A DNA stretch of 63,206 nt, counting the filler, from Stramenopiles sp. TOSAG23-6 (Eukaryota): NCBI GenBank assembly GCA_900128565.1. It is 9 parts of 9 records of this genome, joined end to end, with 100 filler letters (N's around TTAATTAATTAA, not from the genome) between each part and the next. Parts side by side here need not be neighbours in the genome. Positions count along the whole stretch, not along the records: positions 34,459 to 45,804 come from LT636266.1; positions 45,905 to 57,247 come from LT636267.1; 7 more parts are not named here. One strand, 5' to 3'. Numbering within the stretch: position 1 is the stretch's first letter; each line of letters opens with the position of its first letter. The position numbers and the translations under genes were made by a program. This document shows, piece after piece, positions 34,502 to 47,163 of this stretch. The notes beneath the pieces are model-generated. The model was not told the DNA's origin. It saw nothing but the letters and a program-made list of their open reading frames with translations, and searched no databases.

Positions 34502-35248
34502 TTGGTAAGTTGCCACACCAAGGGTGCGCAAGCACACTTGTCTTCAAAAAAATCTAAAAAAAAAGGAAAAACATCTTCAAAAAAATCTAGATTTTTGGAA
34601 CGTTTTGCAAATGTTAACAATGATACAAGTGTTGATGCTTCACAAGCGGATACAACCAATACTGATAATGATACAAGTGTTGATGCTTCACAAGCGGATA
34701 CAACCAATACTGATCGTCATACAAGTCAAGATGCTTCACAAGCGGATACTAATGAGATGAAAGAAGCAGAGGATGTTATCATTCAAAGTGTGGCACAAAA
34801 TTTGTTTGATTTATCAATATCAAACAATAATGATGCTAAAATGAGTAAAGCACTGACAGATACAACAAATAAAGAATGTATTGAACGAAATAAGATGTTT
34901 TATGGAGGGAAAAATCCGCCACTAGAAATTTGCCAATTACGTGACTCTATGCAACAACATCTAACTACAGATGAAAGTCCAAGATTTCATGAGACATTCA
35001 TTGAAGCACCAGAATTATTAGTTCCTCGTTGTTTTCTTGCAAAAGGTAAAAATATGAAAGAAAAACGCGATTTTATAAGACATGCTATTAATGAAGATTT
35101 GAAAAAATGTTTAGATCAAAGATCTAGTCAAAGAAGTCAACAAAAAGAAACAGTTTTGTCTTCACGCTATGGTATTTACATCGCTTTACTTGTGTTATTT
35201 ATTCTTTTATTATTTCCAATTATTTTTGTAATTCTTGAAATTGTATAA
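34502..35248 (+). CDS. Hypothetical tail-anchored protein (mirror 45015-45761, -)
   Basis: ORF with 48-nt tandem repeats and a C-terminal TM. Confidence 0.5.
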   Translation: MVSCHTKGAQAHLSSKKSKKKGKTSSKKSRFLERFANVNNDTSVDASQADTTNTDNDTSVDASQADTTNTDRHTSQDASQADTNEMKEAEDVIIQSVAQNLFDLSISNNNDAKMSKALTDTTNKECIERNKMFYGGKNPPLEICQLRDSMQQHLTTDESPRFHETFIEAPELLVPRCFLAKGKNMKEKRDFIRHAINEDLKKCLDQRSSQRSQQKETVLSSRYGIYIALLVLFILLLFPIIFVILEIV

Positions 35249-35402
35249 AAATTGAATCAAAAAGGAAAAATAGTATTATTCTTGCAACTATGTAGTATAC
35301 AGTATAATCAAAAGCGTATTTATTCTTTAAAATATAAAAAGAAAATTTTGATATTGCATGTTCTATTATTTTATTATTCGTCTACTTAAGCTATAAATTC
35401 GT

Positions 35403-37615
35403 CTAAGATTCATCTTCAGGAGTAATATTTGTTGTTTCGATTTGATCATCTTCTTCAATTTGATCATCTTCTTCGATTTGATCATCTTCTTCGATTTGAT
35501 TCAATGTTTTTTTTTTCTTTTTTCTTCGTTTTCCTTTCTTGGATGCCTTATATTTTGCTAAATCCTCAGCTTCCCGTTGAATCTTTGCAATCTTTGCTGC
35601 TCTTGCAGCATCACTTTCATACTGTATTGTTAAAAACAATGTAATATTTTAAATTCAATAAGTACGAAATTTTCTCCAATAATGTTCACGGGAATAAAAT
35701 GAAAAAAAAAACAGAATGAAATGTTCAAAAAAAAAACCTAAATTTTGTTTAGGTACAAAATGTCGTATAAAAAAAACATACATCTTCTTCAGTTGGAACG
35801 TCTACCTGAATTTGGCCAGAAAAAACACATTCATAAAAAGGAAGTTGTGTATCTGGATCCCACATCATCTTGAATAATTTACTACCACATTCTTTACAAA
35901 ACTTTGCTGCTTTTTTCTTACTTTGAAATTTACAATTTGGACAATATGGTTTTCCACCATATTTTTCCACCTCATCAAGTATATTATCCGTATGATAATC
36001 ACCAACGGATGTACCTAACAAATTGTAATTTGCATATTCTTCTAACAAACTTTCATCTTCAGCAACAACATCCTTCACAGGCTTTATTTCATGATCAAAG
36101 ACCAAATGATCTGAATCCGTGATACCTCTTAAAGCTGGAGCTCCAAGAATCATCTCATAAATGACTTTATCTTTGTCAACAATACGATCTATCATCAAGT
36201 TTGTCATTGATTTTACTAATTTTGGTATATCCTTTGTTGTTCCTTTCCAAATTTCTCTCATTTCTTCATATTTTTTCTCTGCATCAATCTCAGCAGCTGC
36301 AATAGCTTTCTTTCTATAATTACTTTCAAGTTCTTCAATAATAATGTTTCTATCGGGTTCAATCACATATTCTTGATCATACTGAGCTGCTCTGTCCCAC
36401 ATTTCTTTTTCATCCGCTTTTTTTTCTTTCCATGCTTCGCCTTCTTCAGAACGTAAATAAAGATTCACTTTTCTGTGTGTTTCATCTATTATTTCGTCTT
36501 TTATTTCTATTTTCTTAATAAGCCAATTCCTTTCACATTCTTTGAGAGCTTCTTCAACATACATTCTAAACTTTTGACGACTTAGACGAAGTTTTGAAGC
36601 TAACTTATCATCCCTCTGTGCTGATGCCTGTTTTGCTTCACGGTTTATTTGCTCCAATGCAGCCCAACAGCGTAATGCACGACTAAGAGGTCGTCCTCCA
36701 ACTCGACGGCATTCTACTATTTGTCTATACGATGCTACTAAACCTGCTTTTTTTTNTTTTTTTNCTATTTTTTTTNGCTCTGANTNCTNCGTCTCTTTTC
36801 AAAAATTCTTCCAATTTTTTTTCACGTTGAGTCGCAAAATTTACTATATTTTCAATTTCAGCAAATTCACCAAATTGTCGTACGCGCCATTCTGCAACTT
36901 GTTGCCAATAACGAGCACCACAGACCTCATTGATTAAGTGTGTTCGCACAATTATAAGAGGCCGAGTTATAACAGGATTTTTACGTGCATAATTAGAAAA
37001 TTCTGGAAAGTCAATTTCACCATCTCCATCTATGTCCATGGCGTCAATTATTTTAATGAGATCTGATGAAAGTGCTTCTTCACCATAAATCATTCTTAGG
37101 AGAGAATCACATTCAGACATATCGAGTGTTCCTGAGCCATCCTCATCGTACATATCAAAAGCATATTTGAGCAAATCTTTATTACTAGAACTACAGTAGT
37201 TCCAGACAGCTGTGACATACTCACCATAATCTAATTCGCCAGTATTGTCTCTATCAAAATCTTGGAATATTCGTTCCATATATTTTGTTTTTTTGAAGCC
37301 ATAATATTTTAGAAACTCATCAATGTCAATACGACCACTTCCATCCTTATCTATTTGTTTAAAACTATGGAAGAAATCCCATCCCCAAGGCTCAACAATA
37401 CGAAGAGTATAAAAAAGCTTTTTATCATTCTCTTTAAACCTTTCATATTCAAGTGCATAACTGTTGACTTTCTGTCGAGTACTCCACTTTTCCAATAAAG
37501 TGATCCAAAATGGCGTTTTTTTTTCTTCTTGAACATACACGAAACCTTTGTCTTGCTTTATTTCACCAGCGTTTTCCTCTTCGTCTATTCCTAACGGATG
37601 GACTTTTGATGCCAT
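35403..37615 (-). CDS. EF-hand protein (mirror copy of 42648-44860)
   Basis: Identical reverse complement. Confidence 0.75.
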
Positions 37616-37910
37616 TATAGTTAATTATATACTATGATATGCAAAATATTGTTTCATTTCATGCATAGGTAATCATTATGTATCAACGTCTGGTACGGTT
37701 TGCTTACTTACGGTATTACTTTTGCTCTTTTTTGTCTCCTTTTTGACCGTTGCTGGCAGTTACTCAAATAATGGAACAAACCTGTTTTCAATCGACGACA
37801 CGCGCCGAGTCAGTCCAATAGTTTTCTTTTTCGATTTTCGACGTGTTTCTTTGTGTGTGTGCGGTCTCTTTTTTTTTTCAGTGTACTCAATAGGACTCAA
37901 AGAACTCAAA

Positions 37911-38678
37911 ATGGGAAAATCTAAGAAAGCAGCAAAGCCTATCACCTATGGTGAAGTTAAAGTTGGAGATGAAATGATTCTCAAACGTTCCATCGATTGC
38001 AAAGTTACATCTGTCGAGGTTGTACCTTGCAAAAAGCGCGGTAACAAGGTCATTGTCGTCGGCAAAGATCTCGCCACTGGCGCTGAAGTCCGTGACGTAA
38101 AACCTGAAGGACGCGAAATCTACAAAGTCGGATCCAAGAAAGCTGACAAGAAGAAGCGTGTTCAGGTTGTCAAGAAGGCTTCCACTGAAGATTATGACAT
38201 GTCCGTTGGTTCTGCTGGAGCTGCAAAGACTGTGCCAATTCGCGCTGGTGAAGTCAAAAAAGGTTCTTATCTCGTAATGAAGGGACACCCTTGCAAGGTC
38301 ATTGAGATTTCTATTTCAAAGACAGGTAAGCACGGTCACGCTAAAGCAAATATCAATGGTCTTGATGTCTTTACTGGAAAGAAGTACAATGAAATCTCTC
38401 CAACTTCTCACAACATGACTGCTCCAACAATGTACCGTTCTGAGTGGCAGCTCACTGATGTCAGCCATGAAGGAAACATGACTCTTATGTCTGAAAATGG
38501 TACTACCCGTGAAGATCTTGATCTTCCTCGTGATACCAGTGGAAACTTGTCTGATCTTGCAAACCAAATTACTGAAAAATTTGCGAATTGCCCAGATGGT
38601 AAAGGTGTCTACTGCGTTGTTCTTAAAGCTATGGACAATGAACAAGTTGTTGACATCATTGTTAAGGATGCAAACTAA
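37911..38678 (+). CDS. EIF5A: eIF5A with an additional N-terminal eIF5A-like domain
   Basis: Hypusine motif SKTGKHGHAK, KGHPCKV, GLDVFTGKK. Confidence 0.9.
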   Translation: MGKSKKAAKPITYGEVKVGDEMILKRSIDCKVTSVEVVPCKKRGNKVIVVGKDLATGAEVRDVKPEGREIYKVGSKKADKKKRVQVVKKASTEDYDMSVGSAGAAKTVPIRAGEVKKGSYLVMKGHPCKVIEISISKTGKHGHAKANINGLDVFTGKKYNEISPTSHNMTAPTMYRSEWQLTDVSHEGNMTLMSENGTTREDLDLPRDTSGNLSDLANQITEKFANCPDGKGVYCVVLKAMDNEQVVDIIVKDAN

Positions 38679-40106
38679 AATTTATGAAAATGAATTTTGT
38701 TACTATTCTGATTCTGAATATTTTTGACTATGGTAAATACATATTTATATTTTGACATTTTTGTCAATATATTTGCTTAAGTTATTTGTAGTTGGAAATG
38801 TTTTGATTCTATTTTGAGTATTTGATGGATTTACTCCAACCTCAACAATATTTTGTATATAATATGTTGTACACAAAAATTGTAAGGCGAAAGTATACAA
38901 TTGCGTTAGGGACGTAGGATTCTCCCGTTGTTCTTTCATTTGGTTTCAACAATATAAAAGTAGATCGTACACGAAATATATATATATATATATATTATTT
39001 TTTTATTTTTTTTTATACAAAGTGTTTTTATACAATATATTTTCCCTTACTGTTTAATTACCTAAAGTGAATCTGCAGAAACTCCATCAAAAGGATCAAG
39101 ACTAAATTTAGCAAAACTAACATTAACATTAGCAATACCAACAACATCAGCAGCCTTATGTTCCACTTTTTGAATAGTATTATAACCAACATCAGCAATA
39201 TCAACAACATCAGCACTATCAACAACATCAGCACTATCAACAACATCAGCAGTCTTATGTTCTTCTTTTTGAATAGTATTATCAAAACCAATACCATTAT
39301 AATCATCAGATATAAGAATATGATCAAATTTACTTCCATTTCTGTTTTTATGTTTCAATGAAGCAGCAGTTTGAGTAGGACTCCATTCGGCGATAATGTT
39401 TTTATAAAATGTGCTTGCATGCTCAACTGCAGGATTATTGCTCAGAATATGAAATGGAATTTTTTTACTTGCTATTTCTCGAAACATGTTTTGAAGTCGA
39501 TGATAGCGAACATGTATTGTGAAAAAATATTTTTTTTTTTTTTGATTTTTTTTGTTAGGTACGAAATTTCGTATAAAAAAAAAAAAANTAANTNCGAAAT
39601 TGAAAAAAAAACATACATGACCACCGGAAAGTACCAACGCAAATGCTTTTGTTGCAGCTTTGACATGTTCTTTGATTAATAATGTTCGAGCTTCCTGATC
39701 AAGTATTGGCAATGATGCTAGAAATTGTTCTTTGAAATCGTTCTCTTTATAGTAGTTATGATAATATACTTTTTGTTTTGAATATACATGTATTTTGGAA
39801 AAATATTTCAAAAAAAAAAAAAAAAATTTTTAGGGAAAAAATTTTTTTACCAAAAAAAAAAAAAATTCGTTTTTTTTTTTTTTTTTTTTTCGGTAAATAA
39901 TAAAAAAAAATAAAACATACATTATTCCATGTAGATACGCAATTATATGGTGTCATCATTAAATCTAAAGATTCAGCCAACCATAAGTTATCCATAAGTT
40001 GAAACATTTGGAGAACAACACAATCTTGACGTAAATCATTTATTGTGAAAAATATATTTTTTTTTTGAAAATTTTTTTTTTGTTAGGTACAAAATTTACT
40101 ATGAAA

Positions 40107-40156
<50 letters not shown>

Positions 40157-40225
40157 TTTCATAGTAAATTTTGTACCTAACAAAAAAAAAATTTTCAAAA
40201 AAAAAATATATTTTTCACAATAAAT

Positions 40226-40342
40226 GATTTACGTCAAGATTGTGTTGTTCTCCAAATGTTTCAACTTATGGATAACTTATGGTTGGCTGAATCTTTAGAT
40301 TTAATGATGACACCATATAATTGCGTATCTACATGGAATAAT
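40226..40342 (+). CDS. Isolated phosphatidylinositol 3-kinase catalytic-domain exon (mirror 39921-40037)
   Basis: [36 protein letters not shown], flanked by two intron copies. Confidence 0.75.
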
Positions 40343-40475
40343 GTATGTTTTATTTTTTTTTATTATTTACCGAAAAAAAAAAAAAAAAAAAAACGAATTT
40401 TTTTTTTTTTTGGTAAAAAAATTTTTTCCCTAAAAATTTTTTTTTTTTTTTTTGAAATATTTTTCCAAAATACAT
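40343..40475 (+). mobile_element. Introner-like intron GT..AT (mirror 39788-39920), probably chimeric
   Basis: Consensus termini; the interior is homopolymer-rich. Confidence 0.7.
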
Positions 40476-41201
40476 GTATATTCAAAACAAAAAGTATATT
40501 ATCATAACTACTATAAAGAGAACGATTTCAAAGAACAATTTCTAGCATCATTGCCAATACTTGATCAGGAAGCTCGAACATTATTAATCAAAGAACATGT
40601 CAAAGCTGCAACAAAAGCATTTGCGTTGGTACTTTCCGGTGGTCATGTATGTTTTTTTTTCAATTTCGNANTTANTTTTTTTTTTTTTATACGAAATTTC
40701 GTACCTAACAAAAAAAATCAAAAAAAAAAAAAATATTTTTTCACAATACATGTTCGCTATCATCGACTTCAAAACATGTTTCGAGAAATAGCAAGTAAAA
40801 AAATTCCATTTCATATTCTGAGCAATAATCCTGCAGTTGAGCATGCAAGCACATTTTATAAAAACATTATCGCCGAATGGAGTCCTACTCAAACTGCTGC
40901 TTCATTGAAACATAAAAACAGAAATGGAAGTAAATTTGATCATATTCTTATATCTGATGATTATAATGGTATTGGTTTTGATAATACTATTCAAAAAGAA
41001 GAACATAAGACTGCTGATGTTGTTGATAGTGCTGATGTTGTTGATAGTGCTGATGTTGTTGATATTGCTGATGTTGGTTATAATACTATTCAAAAAGTGG
41101 AACATAAGGCTGCTGATGTTGTTGGTATTGCTAATGTTAATGTTAGTTTTGCTAAATTTAGTCTTGATCCTTTTGATGGAGTTTCTGCAGATTCACTTTA
41201 G
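40476..41201 (+). CDS. Hypothetical protein 3' exons (mirror 39062-39787)
   Basis: Open after removing 40647-40751; (ADVVDS)n repeats. Confidence 0.5.
   Translation, partial: VYSKQKVYYHNYYKENDFKEQFLASLPILDQEARTLLIKEHVKAATKAFALVLSGGHVCFFFNFXXXFFFFIRNFVPNKKNQKKKKYFFTIHVRYHRLQNMFREIASKKIPFHILSNNPAVEHASTFYKNIIAEWSPTQTAASLKHKNRNGSKFDHILISDDYNGIGFDNTIQKEEHKTADVVDSADVVDSADVVDIADVGYNTIQKVEHKAADVVGIANVNVSFAKFSLDPFDGVSADSL
40647..40751 (+). mobile_element. Introner-like intron GT..AT (mirror 39512-39616)
   Basis: Full consensus. Confidence 0.8.
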
Positions 41202-41584
41202 GTAATTAAACAGTAAGGGAAAATATATTGTATAAAAACACTTTGTATAAAAAAAAATAAAAAAATAATATATATATATATATATATTTCGTGTACGATC
41301 TACTTTTATATTGTTGAAACCAAATGAAAGAACAACGGGAGAATCCTACGTCCCTAACGCAATTGTATACTTTCGCCTTACAATTTTTGTGTACAACATA
41401 TTATATACAAAATATTGTTGAGGTTGGAGTAAATCCATCAAATACTCAAAATAGAATCAAAACATTTCCAACTACAAATAACTTAAGCAAATATATTGAC
41501 AAAAATGTCAAAATATAAATATGTATTTACCATAGTCAAAAATATTCAGAATCAGAATAGTAACAAAATTCATTTTCATAAATT

Positions 41585-42352
41585 TTAGTTTGCATCCTTA
41601 ACAATGATGTCAACAACTTGTTCATTGTCCATAGCTTTAAGAACAACGCAGTAGACACCTTTACCATCTGGGCAATTCGCAAATTTTTCAGTAATTTGGT
41701 TTGCAAGATCAGACAAGTTTCCACTGGTATCACGAGGAAGATCAAGATCTTCACGGGTAGTACCATTTTCAGACATAAGAGTCATGTTTCCTTCATGGCT
41801 GACATCAGTGAGCTGCCACTCAGAACGGTACATTGTTGGAGCAGTCATGTTGTGAGAAGTTGGAGAGATTTCATTGTACTTCTTTCCAGTAAAGACATCA
41901 AGACCATTGATATTTGCTTTAGCGTGACCGTGCTTACCTGTCTTTGAAATAGAAATCTCAATGACCTTGCAAGGGTGTCCCTTCATTACGAGATAAGAAC
42001 CTTTTTTGACTTCACCAGCGCGAATTGGCACAGTCTTTGCAGCTCCAGCAGAACCAACGGACATGTCATAATCTTCAGTGGAAGCCTTCTTGACAACCTG
42101 AACACGCTTCTTCTTGTCAGCTTTCTTGGATCCGACTTTGTAGATTTCGCGTCCTTCAGGTTTTACGTCACGGACTTCAGCGCCAGTGGCGAGATCTTTG
42201 CCGACGACAATGACCTTGTTACCGCGCTTTTTGCAAGGTACAACCTCGACAGATGTAACTTTGCAATCGATGGAACGTTTGAGAATCATTTCATCTCCAA
42301 CTTTAACTTCACCATAGGTGATAGGCTTTGCTGCTTTCTTAGATTTTCCCAT
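41585..42352 (-). CDS. EIF5A: eIF5A (mirror copy of 37911-38678)
   Basis: Identical reverse complement. Confidence 0.85.
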   Translation of the reverse strand: MGKSKKAAKPITYGEVKVGDEMILKRSIDCKVTSVEVVPCKKRGNKVIVVGKDLATGAEVRDVKPEGREIYKVGSKKADKKKRVQVVKKASTEDYDMSVGSAGAAKTVPIRAGEVKKGSYLVMKGHPCKVIEISISKTGKHGHAKANINGLDVFTGKKYNEISPTSHNMTAPTMYRSEWQLTDVSHEGNMTLMSENGTTREDLDLPRDTSGNLSDLANQITEKFANCPDGKGVYCVVLKAMDNEQVVDIIVKDAN

Positions 42353-42647
42353 TTTGAGTTCTTTGAGTCCTATTGAGTACACTGAAAAAAAAAAGAGACC
42401 GCACACACACAAAGAAACACGTCGAAAATCGAAAAAGAAAACTATTGGACTGACTCGGCGCGTGTCGTCGATTGAAAACAGGTTTGTTCCATTATTTGAG
42501 TAACTGCCAGCAACGGTCAAAAAGGAGACAAAAAAGAGCAAAAGTAATACCGTAAGTAAGCAAACCGTACCAGACGTTGATACATAATGATTACCTATGC
42601 ATGAAATGAAACAATATTTTGCATATCATAGTATATAATTAACTATA

Positions 42648-44860
42648 ATGGCATCAAAAGTCCATCCGTTAGGAATAGACGAAGAGGAAAACGCTGGTGA
42701 AATAAAGCAAGACAAAGGTTTCGTGTATGTTCAAGAAGAAAAAAAAACGCCATTTTGGATCACTTTATTGGAAAAGTGGAGTACTCGACAGAAAGTCAAC
42801 AGTTATGCACTTGAATATGAAAGGTTTAAAGAGAATGATAAAAAGCTTTTTTATACTCTTCGTATTGTTGAGCCTTGGGGATGGGATTTCTTCCATAGTT
42901 TTAAACAAATAGATAAGGATGGAAGTGGTCGTATTGACATTGATGAGTTTCTAAAATATTATGGCTTCAAAAAAACAAAATATATGGAACGAATATTCCA
43001 AGATTTTGATAGAGACAATACTGGCGAATTAGATTATGGTGAGTATGTCACAGCTGTCTGGAACTACTGTAGTTCTAGTAATAAAGATTTGCTCAAATAT
43101 GCTTTTGATATGTACGATGAGGATGGCTCAGGAACACTCGATATGTCTGAATGTGATTCTCTCCTAAGAATGATTTATGGTGAAGAAGCACTTTCATCAG
43201 ATCTCATTAAAATAATTGACGCCATGGACATAGATGGAGATGGTGAAATTGACTTTCCAGAATTTTCTAATTATGCACGTAAAAATCCTGTTATAACTCG
43301 GCCTCTTATAATTGTGCGAACACACTTAATCAATGAGGTCTGTGGTGCTCGTTATTGGCAACAAGTTGCAGAATGGCGCGTACGACAATTTGGTGAATTT
43401 GCTGAAATTGAAAATATAGTAAATTTTGCGACTCAACGTGAAAAAAAATTGGAAGAATTTTTGAAAAGAGACGNAGNANTCAGAGCNAAAAAAAATAGNA
43501 AAAAAANAAAAAAAAGCAGGTTTAGTAGCATCGTATAGACAAATAGTAGAATGCCGTCGAGTTGGAGGACGACCTCTTAGTCGTGCATTACGCTGTTGGG
43601 CTGCATTGGAGCAAATAAACCGTGAAGCAAAACAGGCATCAGCACAGAGGGATGATAAGTTAGCTTCAAAACTTCGTCTAAGTCGTCAAAAGTTTAGAAT
43701 GTATGTTGAAGAAGCTCTCAAAGAATGTGAAAGGAATTGGCTTATTAAGAAAATAGAAATAAAAGACGAAATAATAGATGAAACACACAGAAAAGTGAAT
43801 CTTTATTTACGTTCTGAAGAAGGCGAAGCATGGAAAGAAAAAAAAGCGGATGAAAAAGAAATGTGGGACAGAGCAGCTCAGTATGATCAAGAATATGTGA
43901 TTGAACCCGATAGAAACATTATTATTGAAGAACTTGAAAGTAATTATAGAAAGAAAGCTATTGCAGCTGCTGAGATTGATGCAGAGAAAAAATATGAAGA
44001 AATGAGAGAAATTTGGAAAGGAACAACAAAGGATATACCAAAATTAGTAAAATCAATGACAAACTTGATGATAGATCGTATTGTTGACAAAGATAAAGTC
44101 ATTTATGAGATGATTCTTGGAGCTCCAGCTTTAAGAGGTATCACGGATTCAGATCATTTGGTCTTTGATCATGAAATAAAGCCTGTGAAGGATGTTGTTG
44201 CTGAAGATGAAAGTTTGTTAGAAGAATATGCAAATTACAATTTGTTAGGTACATCCGTTGGTGATTATCATACGGATAATATACTTGATGAGGTGGAAAA
44301 ATATGGTGGAAAACCATATTGTCCAAATTGTAAATTTCAAAGTAAGAAAAAAGCAGCAAAGTTTTGTAAAGAATGTGGTAGTAAATTATTCAAGATGATG
44401 TGGGATCCAGATACACAACTTCCTTTTTATGAATGTGTTTTTTCTGGCCAAATTCAGGTAGACGTTCCAACTGAAGAAGATGTATGTTTTTTTTATACGA
44501 CATTTTGTACCTAAACAAAATTTAGGTTTTTTTTTTGAACATTTCATTCTGTTTTTTTTTTCATTTTATTCCCGTGAACATTATTGGAGAAAATTTCGTA
44601 CTTATTGAATTTAAAATATTACATTGTTTTTAACAATACAGTATGAAAGTGATGCTGCAAGAGCAGCAAAGATTGCAAAGATTCAACGGGAAGCTGAGGA
44701 TTTAGCAAAATATAAGGCATCCAAGAAAGGAAAACGAAGAAAAAAGAAAAAAAAAACATTGAATCAAATCGAAGAAGATGATCAAATCGAAGAAGATGAT
44801 CAAATTGAAGAAGATGATCAAATCGAAACAACAAATATTACTCCTGAAGATGAATCTTAG
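42648..44860 (+). CDS. Four-EF-hand (calcineurin B-like) protein with coiled coil and zinc ribbon
   Basis: DKDGSGRIDIDE, DRDNTGELDYGE, DEDGSGTLDMSE, DIDGDGEIDFPE and CPNC..CKECG. Frame break in the N-rich stretch ~43470-43510; intron 44482-44641. Confidence 0.75.
44482..44641 (+). mobile_element. Introner-family intron with GT..AG ends (160 nt; mirror 35622-35781)
   Basis: GTATGTTTT..TTTTGTACCTAAAC..AACAATACAG. Confidence 0.78.
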
Positions 44861-45994
44861 ACGAATTTATAGCTTAAGTAGACGAATAATAAAATAATAG
44901 AACATGCAATATCAAAATTTTCTTTTTATATTTTAAAGAATAAATACGCTTTTGATTATACTGTATACTACATAGTTGCAAGAATAATACTATTTTTCCT
45001 TTTTGATTCAATTTTTATACAATTTCAAGAATTACAAAAATAATTGGAAATAATAAAAGAATAAATAACACAAGTAAAGCGATGTAAATACCATAGCGTG
45101 AAGACAAAACTGTTTCTTTTTGTTGACTTCTTTGACTAGATCTTTGATCTAAACATTTTTTCAAATCTTCATTAATAGCATGTCTTATAAAATCGCGTTT
45201 TTCTTTCATATTTTTACCTTTTGCAAGAAAACAACGAGGAACTAATAATTCTGGTGCTTCAATGAATGTCTCATGAAATCTTGGACTTTCATCTGTAGTT
45301 AGATGTTGTTGCATAGAGTCACGTAATTGGCAAATTTCTAGTGGCGGATTTTTCCCTCCATAAAACATCTTATTTCGTTCAATACATTCTTTATTTGTTG
45401 TATCTGTCAGTGCTTTACTCATTTTAGCATCATTATTGTTTGATATTGATAAATCAAACAAATTTTGTGCCACACTTTGAATGATAACATCCTCTGCTTC
45501 TTTCATCTCATTAGTATCCGCTTGTGAAGCATCTTGACTTGTATGACGATCAGTATTGGTTGTATCCGCTTGTGAAGCATCAACACTTGTATCATTATCA
45601 GTATTGGTTGTATCCGCTTGTGAAGCATCAACACTTGTATCATTGTTAACATTTGCAAAACGTTCCAAAAATCTAGATTTTTTTGAAGATGTTTTTCCTT
45701 TTTTTTTAGATTTTTTTGAAGACAAGTGTGCTTGCGCACCCTTGGTGTGGCAACTTACCAAAAGGTTCGGAACCCGGTAATCAAAAAAGAAATTCTGGGA
45801 TCTGNNNNNNNNNNNNNNNNNNNNNNNNNNNNNNNNNNNNNNNNNNNNTTAATTAATTAANNNNNNNNNNNNNNNNNNNNNNNNNNNNNNNNNNNNNNNN
45901 NNNNGTAACACACTGATTCAACTTTGGAAAATACTGATATATTTAAGCTTGTATTTTAATATTTTAAATTCTATACAATATTTTCACACATACT

Positions 45995-46150
45995 ATGCAC
46001 CCAGCAGTAGTAAGCGTTATTCCTGGTTGTAAAAATTCAGCAGAAGTAGAGTCAAATGTGAAAATGATGAATGTCAAAATTCCTAAAGAACTTTGGAAGG
46101 ACTTGAAGGCGAGTGGTCTCTTGGCTGAAGATATCAGAGTTCCAGAATAA
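45995..46150 (+). CDS. Aldo-keto reductase C-terminal exon
   Basis: HPAVVSVIPGCKNSAEVESNVKMMNVKIPKELWKDLKASGLL. Confidence 0.7.
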   Translation: MHPAVVSVIPGCKNSAEVESNVKMMNVKIPKELWKDLKASGLLAEDIRVPE

Positions 46151-46203
46151 AAATTGAATAAAGCTTGAAAACACAGTATAATAGTACGATCCTTTCTTGT
46201 ATT

Positions 46204-46578
46204 TTATATTGTTTTTTTATAGTTTGCTCTGTGTTTTGATCTATATCGTTGAAGCATCGGTTCAACTTCAGCACGCTGCGNNNNNNNNNNNNNNNNNNNN
46301 NNNNNNNNNNNNNNNNNNNCAACTTCAGCACGCTGCTCTGGAGGACTGAGCGCAATTTTGACGATACTAAAGGCAACGCCCATCGCACAAAACATTGCAA
46401 GTTGTAGGAGGCGATCCTTCACATGCACAAGTGGAATTGTCTCACTATCCGCTGGTCCGCTGTACTTTTTCTGATCTGTTTGTAGTGACTTTATACGTGT
46501 TGAACTTGAATGTTCACCAAGCGATTCCTCAATCGACATCTTGGGTGTTCTATAAACAAAAAGTACATATAATGGCAA
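46204..46578 (-). CDS. Small hypothetical membrane protein
   Basis: ORF across a gap, one TM. Confidence 0.35.
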   Translation of the reverse strand: MPLYVLFVYRTPKMSIEESLGEHSSSTRIKSLQTDQKKYSGPADSETIPLVHVKDRLLQLAMFCAMGVAFSIVKIALSPPEQRAEVXXXXXXXXXXXXXXQRAEVEPMLQRYRSKHRANYKKTI

Positions 46579-47163
46579 TAAACTTGTTGTAGGTATATTC
46601 GTATATTTAGAAGATTCTGTTTAGGATACTAAATTCTGATCTTTGTAGAAGTCAACTCTGACGGGAAGAAAGTTGCAAGGGAATAAAAGTTATTATTGAT
46701 AACTACTATTGTTTGTTATTACTAATTGTTTTACAGTCATAGCTACGTAGGCTGAGTCATGACAGAACTTGTCGACATGACATCCACAGAAATGCGCGCT
46801 CATGAATTGAAATGTTTTTTGAAAAATTTGATTAAATTTTTATAAAGCGCTAGCTAGAAATGTCCATTGCAATATTAATAATTGCGTACTATTACTATGG
46901 AATTTCCTTATGATATTCTATGTAAATATAAAATAATATCAGGTACGCGAACATATGTCACATTGGAGAGTGTTACAAAACAAAAACAAATAGAAAAAAC
47001 ACTATTTTAAAAAAGTTTTTATCTTCATCACTTTTTTCTTGATACTTAAATACTTTTTCCCGAATAAATAAACACAGATACAAAAAAGTGTATTTCACCT
47101 CGAATTTGCTAGTTCACGTTAATTGGTGAGTTGCACGTACTTTCTAGAACTGTTTGCTGTTCT

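Larger units (their letters stand above)
34459..45804. repeat. Whole-contig perfect inverted duplication (centre 40131/40132)
   Basis: Mirror coordinates sum to 80263; even the ambiguous N bases are mirrored; the centre is a poly-T/poly-A run. Confidence 0.97.

Noticed and set aside
43470-43540. Split of the EF-hand gene into two ORFs
   Set aside because: Falls in a low-quality stretch containing Ns.
34459-45804. 11.3-kb perfect palindrome as a real amplicon or hairpin chromosome
   Set aside because: The arms mirror even the ambiguous N bases, span exactly the whole contig and pivot on a poly-T/poly-A run inside an intron copy. This is typical of an assembly or MDA fold-back artefact.
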